From Obrimoposthia wandeli (taxonomy: Eukaryota): DNA of 64,000 nt. Location: NCBI GenBank assembly GCA_977020255.1, contig CDROCS010001101.1, forward strand, positions 496,001 to 560,000. Reading direction: 5' to 3'. The notes under the pieces were generated by a model. It was not told where the DNA came from, did no database searches, and saw nothing but the letters and a program-made list of their open reading frames with translations. The position numbers were made by a program, and so were the translations under genes. Below are positions 57,587-64,000 of this stretch, piece after piece; positions within the stretch are counted from its first letter, which is position 1; every line of letters begins with the position of its first letter.

Positions 57587-57604
57587 GGAGTACACGTGTA
57601 TCAT
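57587..57604. promoter_or_regulatory. FabR-like site upstream of WS/DGAT-2
   Basis: GGAGTACACGTGTATCAT, 13/18 to AGCGTACACGTGTACGCT; GTACACGTGTA core intact. Confidence 0.55.
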
Positions 57605-57716
57605 GTACATAACTTTAACATCCGTGACAGTAAGTCATAACATCAAATGCGGTGATATGCGCGGTACGACTCAATCGGACGCAAACTATCAATCTCATTA
57701 AAAATAGGAAATGACT

Positions 57717-59258
57717 ATGGAAGCACTCACGTTAGTTGATATGGGTTTTTTATACACTGAAACAGTAACAAGCCCAAAACATGTCGCAGGATTACAAATA
57801 TTCTCAACACCAGAAAACTATCAAGGCAACTTTAGTCGAGACCTATTTGATAATTTAATGTCACAACAAGATGTTAAAAAACCATTCAACCAAAAACTCA
57901 AGAAACAAATTACCGGCCAATACTTCTGGCAAGAAGATGACAATATTGATTTGTCATACCATGTACGTTTCGCGATGCTGCCACAGCCAGGTAATGACAA
58001 TCAATTACTCAGCTTTGTTGAACATCAACATGAAACCTTACTTGATCGTAACCGCCCGTTATGGGAAATGATCCTTATTGATGGTTTAGCAGACAACAAG
58101 TTTGCTATCTACGTTAAAGTGCATCACGCATTTACAGATGGTGCTAAAGCCAATCAATTATTAATGGCTTACCTCAGTAAAAATGCCGAATCACCAATGA
58201 CAGCATTTTGGTCAGTTGATCGCCCGCAAAAAGAACGCGTAGCGAAAAGCGCATTAACACTGCTCACTGATACATCGAAATTGGTATCAGGACACGTTAA
58301 GTCAATTCCATCATTAACTAAGTTAACAACAAAACTACTGTTCCAAGCAACGAACATGTATAAAGCCGATATGCCAACTCCCTTCATGGCACCTAAAACC
58401 CCGTTTTCAGTCAGTCCAAAACGCGCACGTCGCGCAGCAATGACATCACTGCCATTGGCACGAGTGAAAACATTAGGCCGTGTTACAGGCGCAACGATTA
58501 ACGATGTAGTCGTTACTGTTTGCGATATGGCGATCCATAACTACCTAGAAACACGTAATGTTGTACTTAAAAAGCCGCTTGTTGCACAAATGCCAATGAG
58601 TTTACGTGATGCATCAGATACAGAATCAAACAACCAAGTTGCGATTAGTTTAGTTGAATTAGCCTATGCAGGTGAGCGTCCATTAGAACGATTAATGACG
58701 GTTAAAGAGTCATGTCGAAAACTAAAAAGCGAAACGAAACTGTTAACCAAAGAAGCATTAACGAGTTATACATTAGCCAGCCAAGGTTTAGCCGCAGCCA
58801 GTGAATTACTTAACCTAGATACCATCTTGCCACCGATGGGCAATGTATTAATCTCTAACGTCCCGGGGCCAAGTAAAGCCTTGTACATGATGGGTGCGAA
58901 AATGGATAAGTGCTACCCAATATCAGTATTACCACCGGGCATGTCTTTAAACATTACCTTGTATAGCTACAACGGTTCAATCCACGTCGGTCTTGTTGCT
59001 TGTCGTTCTGCCCTGCCTGATTTAACCGAATTAGCAGATTACATTGATGATGCTTTCGCAGCACTTGAAAATGAAGTATTGGATTGCGCAATCGAAAGTG
59101 TAACAGATCATATTCAATTATTATCATCGTCGCAAAGTAATCAAAATATCAAGCAGGAAAGTATTAATACAGTTGCTAATATGGCTAGCAGTGCGAAAAA
59201 AATAAGCTCTCGATCTAAGGTTGATCATGAAGATTCACGATTATGTGAAACAGCTTAA
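57717..59258 (+). CDS. Wax ester synthase/diacylglycerol acyltransferase 2 (WS/DGAT)
   Basis: Close paralog of WS1; HHAFTDG intact; AGGA SD spacing favours ATG at 57717 over 57711. Confidence 0.93.
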   Translation: MEALTLVDMGFLYTETVTSPKHVAGLQIFSTPENYQGNFSRDLFDNLMSQQDVKKPFNQKLKKQITGQYFWQEDDNIDLSYHVRFAMLPQPGNDNQLLSFVEHQHETLLDRNRPLWEMILIDGLADNKFAIYVKVHHAFTDGAKANQLLMAYLSKNAESPMTAFWSVDRPQKERVAKSALTLLTDTSKLVSGHVKSIPSLTKLTTKLLFQATNMYKADMPTPFMAPKTPFSVSPKRARRAAMTSLPLARVKTLGRVTGATINDVVVTVCDMAIHNYLETRNVVLKKPLVAQMPMSLRDASDTESNNQVAISLVELAYAGERPLERLMTVKESCRKLKSETKLLTKEALTSYTLASQGLAAASELLNLDTILPPMGNVLISNVPGPSKALYMMGAKMDKCYPISVLPPGMSLNITLYSYNGSIHVGLVACRSALPDLTELADYIDDAFAALENEVLDCAIESVTDHIQLLSSSQSNQNIKQESINTVANMASSAKKISSRSKVDHEDSRLCETA

Positions 59259-59356
59259 ATAAGTAAAGTCAGCGCAGCAGTAAGGAATAGATAACTAGGG
59301 TAATAGAATAAGCAATAAGTAATAAAAAAAAGAAGAAGTAGAAGTAGAAAAATAAA

Positions 59357-59400
59357 GCTCAAGGAGTTGGTCGACATATACAGCGACTAACTGCTTGAGC
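59357..59400. terminator. Hairpin between WS2 and convergent small gene
   Basis: GCTCAAG-G-AGTTGGTCG...CGACTAACT-G-CTTGAGC. Confidence 0.65.
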
Positions 59401-59417
59401 TAATCGCCTTATTTATT

Positions 59418-59651
59418 TTAGCTTAATGGTGCTAAAACACGGTGTAGGTGGTCTGCAATTTCAATACCACTATCAGTTAAATAACCGCCATCGTCTCGTG
59501 TAATAAGACCTTTATCAAAAAGTGATTTAGCAGCACTGACTATTGAAGGGCCGGCTTCATTGTGAACCTTAATGCCTTCTAAGTGAGATTTTGTTGGGAA
59601 TTTAGCCAGTAATTTCATTTCTTCAAACAGTGTATCAGAATAGTTATTCAT
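59418..59651 (-). CDS. TIGR02647-family small winged-helix-like protein
   Basis: LLAKFP..HLEGIKVH....AAKSLFDKGLIT..DGGYLTDSGIE. Confidence 0.8.
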   Translation of the reverse strand: MNNYSDTLFEEMKLLAKFPTKSHLEGIKVHNEAGPSIVSAAKSLFDKGLITRDDGGYLTDSGIEIADHLHRVLAPLS

Positions 59652-59860
59652 AATTGCTCGCTTTTCTTAAATAGGAGAAGTTTCATCATAGAGCCTTCAA
59701 AGAAGATTGCAAAATTAATAATTGCGTAAGTAGGTATAGATCAAAAAAAACCTCAATAAAACGTACACTTGAGATTAGTGTAGGTTACAATTCAAGCAAT
59801 TACCTTCATTCCACAACACTTACTGTTTATTTAATGCCAATTAATGCTGAAATAGTCCAG

Positions 59861-60478
59861 TTATGATAATAAAGACGACGCAATGACTTCATATAATAAC
59901 GCGTGACCCGCACTGTTTGGGTGTAAACCATCAGCCGTTAAGTACGCTTCTTTATCCGTATTAAATGGCGTGTAAACATCAATTAATGCCACATCGTACT
60001 TCACAGACAAGTCTAATAAGGCCTTATTATAACGATTGATTGTTGCATCATCGCGAATACGCTTATTGATATTGGGAATGCCATCTAGGTGAGCAGCGAT
60101 TGGTGTCACATTGATTAATACCACAGCGGCGCCTTTCGCAAGCGCAAATTCAATGCAGTGGCTTAAATTATGAATATAAGATCCGATAACGACAAGGTGC
60201 TCACCGTCTTGGCAGGCGAGATCATTGGCACCATAACCAAATAACACAGTATTGTTATTATCAGCACTGAGCCGAGTAATACATTCAGGTTGAAAACGTT
60301 GCATCAGACCATCAGTGGTTTCGCCGCTAATGCCCATATTAAAAACACTAACTCTGTCTTGATTTGTTTCCAAAAACTGTTTAATCAGACGCGTTTTAAT
60401 ACGGTCAGCCCAGCCGCCATAAACAGCGTCACTTTCACCGCGTGTAATGCTATCACCAAAACAAATTATGCTCGCCAT
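59861..60478 (-). CDS. SGNH/GDSL hydrolase
   Basis: CFGDSIT, NMGISGETT, GANDL, DGLHPN blocks. Confidence 0.9.
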   Translation of the reverse strand: MASIICFGDSITRGESDAVYGGWADRIKTRLIKQFLETNQDRVSVFNMGISGETTDGLMQRFQPECITRLSADNNNTVLFGYGANDLACQDGEHLVVIGSYIHNLSHCIEFALAKGAAVVLINVTPIAAHLDGIPNINKRIRDDATINRYNKALLDLSVKYDVALIDVYTPFNTDKEAYLTADGLHPNSAGHALLYEVIASSLLS

Positions 60479-60637
60479 GTACCCTAACTCCGAAAATATG
60501 ATGTAATTATCTGTGCAAGCAAAATACTACAAATCTATTTATAACACTATAGATAAAACGATGCTTAAAACTCTGCATAAAACCACACAGAAAACGGCAT
60601 ACATAGCCCAACACATAGTTAATGTATATGTCGGACT

Positions 60638-62653
60638 TTAATCTATTGCGATAATTTGATTACGGCCCGTGTGCTTGGCTTTGTATAACCGTTCATCTGC
60701 ACGTTTAAGTAATTCAGTGTGGCTAGCCATGAACTCTGCAGCTGGAATATCAGTGACAGCACCAATTGATAATGTGATATTAATGTCGCCTTCCGGTGTC
60801 GATACAGGCTCATCTGTTATTGCCGACCATACTTTTTCTAACGTCTGCAGGCTGGTTATATCGCCTTGATTTTCAATAACACAGATAAACTCTTCCCCAC
60901 CCCAACGAATAATTAAATCTGATGACGGTAAATTCAACAAGAAACGCTTTGCAACTTCAATTAAAACGATATCGCCAACATCATGACCATAATTATCGTT
61001 AACCGCTTTGAAATGATCAAGATCCATAATTGCGAGGGTAAAGCTTGAATCTCGAGAAGTAGAGCGACCTTGCCTTAAACGCTGTATGAAATAATCAAAA
61101 TAACGGCGGTTATATAAGCCTGTTAATGCATCCCGTGTTGATAGCTCGACTAAGTTGCTATTTGAATGCTGTAATAATTGGTTTTTATTCTTAATATCGA
61201 GGTTCTTTTTAAGAACATAACCAAGGGCTAGCAAGACACCAAATGTCACGCCCAAAATAACCCGAGTCACCAGCGTTTGCCTCCCTAACTCAAGATCTTG
61301 TATTTCATTCTTGGTTTTTAACAGCGCGAGTGCATTACGAGATGTTTCGGCATTAAACGATTCTTCAAGTAGATATAATTCGCTTTGGCGCTGATCAAAC
61401 AGCACTTCCTTATCTCCTAAGTAATATAGCTTAAAATACTTCAATGCCTGGCTAGTATTACCTAACTGCTCATATGCTTCGGATAACAGCTTCTGGTTAC
61501 TGGTAATATAAGCGGTGTGGGCTATTTTATTATTTTCTTTAATCGAGGCATTTAGATCTTCAATGGCTGCATCATAATTACCCAATGCCATATTACTGTG
61601 CGCTTTGCTTTTATAACAAAGGCCGCGTTGCAACGGTAAATCTTGTATTCCGGCTAAATGAAGGCAACGTTCAGATTCCGTAATTGCAGATTCATATTGC
61701 TGTTCTAAATAAAGTACATTCGATAGGCTATTCAACACGATAGCCTGCAATCTTGTACTTGAATCTTTTTCGAGTGTTTCTTTAGCATCAACATAAGCCT
61801 GACGCGCTTTTACGGCATCACCTAAACGGTAATAGACATTAGATTCATTCGTCAATAAGACCGACATAATCGCAGGCTCTAAGCGTTTATCTTGGCGATA
61901 TACTTCCTTTGCCTGATCGATATACGCAATGGCCTTATTCCACTCTTCCAAGTAAATATAAATAACGGCTAAGTTACCGATTATTTTACTATGATATAAA
62001 TGCTTTGGATTTGTCTCGACTAGCTTTAAGCCTTTATGGAAATAATCTTGCGCTTTGCCATACTCGCTGGCAAGAATACTAATCACACCCAATGAATTAT
62101 AAGATTTAATTAAGAGTTTTTCGTAATTAATCTCTTTTGCAATTTTTACTGATTCATTTAAATAGTCGACTGCAGTATCAAGATCACCACGTTTAGTTCG
62201 CTCTATTGCCAATTCAGATAAGGCGCTCGCTTTTACCCATGGCAAATTCTCTTGTTCAGCTAAGACAAGTAAATTTTTGGTATAAGTAGACGCATCATCA
62301 ATACGACCTAAACGTAGCATGATGTTGTTCATCGTCATTAAATAATAACTTTGATACAAAGGATTATCTTCAAATACGTCCTTTTTCTCAAAAGGGCCAA
62401 TTTTCAATAATGCTTGCTCGCTATCAAAACGAGAGAGGTCAAGTGCCGCCAGTAAATCATGGCCATAAGGTAGATCGGCGAGTAAATCATCAGGGGAAAA
62501 TATTACCTTGGCATTAATTGAAATTGGCGCATCCCGATCAAGTAACCCAAATGGACGTAGCATAAATAGCAGCAGGGTAATTCCGACGAAGAAAATAAGA
62601 CTAACAGATTTAATGATCTTCATAATGTTCATTATCGATGCCAAGCAATACAA
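60638..62653 (-). CDS. Membrane TPR-sensor diguanylate cyclase A (start possibly ATG at 62632 or 62623)
   Basis: TM, TPR repeats, TM, RDALTGLYNRR, DLDHFKAVND, RWGGEEF. Confidence 0.9.
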   Translation of the reverse strand: MYCLASIMNIMKIIKSVSLIFFVGITLLLFMLRPFGLLDRDAPISINAKVIFSPDDLLADLPYGHDLLAALDLSRFDSEQALLKIGPFEKKDVFEDNPLYQSYYLMTMNNIMLRLGRIDDASTYTKNLLVLAEQENLPWVKASALSELAIERTKRGDLDTAVDYLNESVKIAKEINYEKLLIKSYNSLGVISILASEYGKAQDYFHKGLKLVETNPKHLYHSKIIGNLAVIYIYLEEWNKAIAYIDQAKEVYRQDKRLEPAIMSVLLTNESNVYYRLGDAVKARQAYVDAKETLEKDSSTRLQAIVLNSLSNVLYLEQQYESAITESERCLHLAGIQDLPLQRGLCYKSKAHSNMALGNYDAAIEDLNASIKENNKIAHTAYITSNQKLLSEAYEQLGNTSQALKYFKLYYLGDKEVLFDQRQSELYLLEESFNAETSRNALALLKTKNEIQDLELGRQTLVTRVILGVTFGVLLALGYVLKKNLDIKNKNQLLQHSNSNLVELSTRDALTGLYNRRYFDYFIQRLRQGRSTSRDSSFTLAIMDLDHFKAVNDNYGHDVGDIVLIEVAKRFLLNLPSSDLIIRWGGEEFICVIENQGDITSLQTLEKVWSAITDEPVSTPEGDINITLSIGAVTDIPAAEFMASHTELLKRADERLYKAKHTGRNQIIAID

Positions 62654-62740
62654 GGCCCTTCATTCTATTGAATAAATAATACCCTGCCAACCCAATTGAA
62701 TAAAATACTATAAAAACAAACGCTAAACCTTAGTGTTACA

Positions 62741-64000
62741 TTAATCCATTGCAATAATTTGATTACGGCCACTTAGCTTGGCTTTATACAATCGTTCATC
62801 AGCTCGTTTGATTAATTTAACGTGTTTGGTCATAAGCTGCGTAACCGATATGTGGATCACGGCACCAATAGACAAAGTGATCTCGATATCACCTGCACTC
62901 GTGGTAAAAGGTACCTCTTTTATTGCCAGCCATACCTTTTCGAGTTGTTTTAGACTCGCGATATCATCTTGATGTTCAATCAGGCAAACAAACTCTTCCC
63001 CACCCCAACGCACAATTAGATCCGATGATGGCAAATGCTTAAGAAAACGTTTTGCGACTTCAACAAGCACTTCATCACCTACATCATGGCCGTAGGTATC
63101 GTTAATAATTTTGAAATGATCAAGATCCATAATTGCCAACGTGAAGTTTGAATCTCGATAAAAAGAACTATCCTGCTTTAAGCCCTGTATATAATGATCA
63201 AAGTGGCGGCGGTTATATAAGCCAGTCAATGCATCCCGTGTTGATAACTCAACTAAGTCAGTATTTGAACACCGTAATAATTCATTTTTTTTGGCAATCG
63301 TCGCATTTTTTCTGACGACATAACCTAGGCTAAGTAAGACACAAAATATCATCCCAAAAACAACACGAACACCCAATTTCTGCCTTTCTAATTCAAGGTC
63401 TTGTAAATCATTTTGGGTTTTTAATAATGCCAATGTATTACGTGATGTTTGCGCGTTGAAGGACTCTTCAAGCATATACAATTCGCTCTGGCGTTGGTCA
63501 AACAATGCTTTCTTATTCTCTTGGTAATACAGCTTAAAAAATGCCAACGCTTCAATATCATTACCCAGTTGCTCATGGACTTCAGATAATAATTTATGAT
63601 TAACAGATAGATATACAGTGTTTGATATTTTAATATTTTCTTCGATCGCGTCATTCAAGTTATCAAGCGCGGTAAAATAATGATCCAATTTCATTTCACT
63701 ACGGGCTTTACTGGTATAACACTGGCCACGCTGCAGCGGTAACGCTTTAATACCCGCTAAATCAAGGCAACGATTCGACTCCGCAATAGCAGATTGATAT
63801 TGCTGTTCTAGATAAAGTACATTAGATAGCTCATTTGATACGATGGCTTGTAGGCGTACACTCGAATCTTTAACCAGTGTTTTATGTGCTTCAGCATAAG
63901 CACGACGAGCCTGAACTGCATCGCCTAAACGGAAATAAACATGAGACTCGTTAGACAACAATATAGTCATGATTGATGGCTCTAACCATTTACCATTTTT
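62741..64000 (-). CDS. TPR-sensor diguanylate cyclase B, paralog of A, 5'-truncated by window edge
   Basis: Frame open to 64000 (KNGKWLEPSIM aligns with KRLEPAIM of paralog A); RWGGEEF. Confidence 0.9.
   Translation of the reverse strand, partial: KNGKWLEPSIMTILLSNESHVYFRLGDAVQARRAYAEAHKTLVKDSSVRLQAIVSNELSNVLYLEQQYQSAIAESNRCLDLAGIKALPLQRGQCYTSKARSEMKLDHYFTALDNLNDAIEENIKISNTVYLSVNHKLLSEVHEQLGNDIEALAFFKLYYQENKKALFDQRQSELYMLEESFNAQTSRNTLALLKTQNDLQDLELERQKLGVRVVFGMIFCVLLSLGYVVRKNATIAKKNELLRCSNTDLVELSTRDALTGLYNRRHFDHYIQGLKQDSSFYRDSNFTLAIMDLDHFKIINDTYGHDVGDEVLVEVAKRFLKHLPSSDLIVRWGGEEFVCLIEHQDDIASLKQLEKVWLAIKEVPFTTSAGDIEITLSIGAVIHISVTQLMTKHVKLIKRADERLYKAKLSGRNQIIAMD

Noticed and set aside
57677-57685. 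GGACGCAAA resembling part of a c-di-GMP-I riboswitch
   Set aside because: Upstream GGCAAAC/GNRA stem and downstream P3 elements are absent
2076-63654. Many short opposite-strand or alternate-frame ORFs in the supplied track (e.g. 2564-2905, 6486-6740, 10732-11064, 26366-26800, 31732-32247)
   Set aside because: They lie wholly within well-supported genes, lack SDs or family motifs, and are expected shadow ORFs
1-64000. CRISPR array, tRNA/rRNA genes, IS or prophage, REP family
   Set aside because: No regularly spaced repeat-spacer units, tRNA arms, transposase or integrase; terminator hairpins do not share sequence with each other

Overview
A 64-kb chromosomal window from an AT-rich marine gammaproteobacterium, most likely Moritella (inferred from the PfaE-type PPTase and the gene set; not database-checked). 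I found no rRNA, tRNA, CRISPR array, prophage or IS element. Housekeeping genes: dcd, udk, apbC, metG, rlmI, cdd, yjjX, mgtE and a DUF368 protein. Lipid-acting enzymes: a VolA/Pla-1 lipase, a sphingomyelinase with a foldase-like partner, and a GDSL hydrolase. Signalling: three tandem dCache chemoreceptors, three GGDEF proteins and one EAL protein. Metabolism: a split, reordered norspermidine operon, a complete but rearranged nrf locus, and an ECF transporter operon. The best candidate for an undescribed system is a neutral-lipid storage module at 47.4-59.3 kb. It has two intact wax ester/TAG synthases, one co-transcribed with a PhaD-like TetR regulator and one directly downstream of the PUFA-synthase activator pfaE. 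Both share a 17-bp upstream box; one also has a FadR-like site and the other a FabR-like site. Other notable items are an FAD-less pseudo-E3 (LpdA) protein, an ATPase-dead ABC-exporter/cNMP fusion, a Fur-boxed 8-Cys microprotein, a Fur-boxed EAL protein, a structured leader on the polyamine operon, a candidate sRNA near 9.3 kb, and recurring 11-16 bp tandem micro-duplications at gene ends. All motif calls were made by eye.
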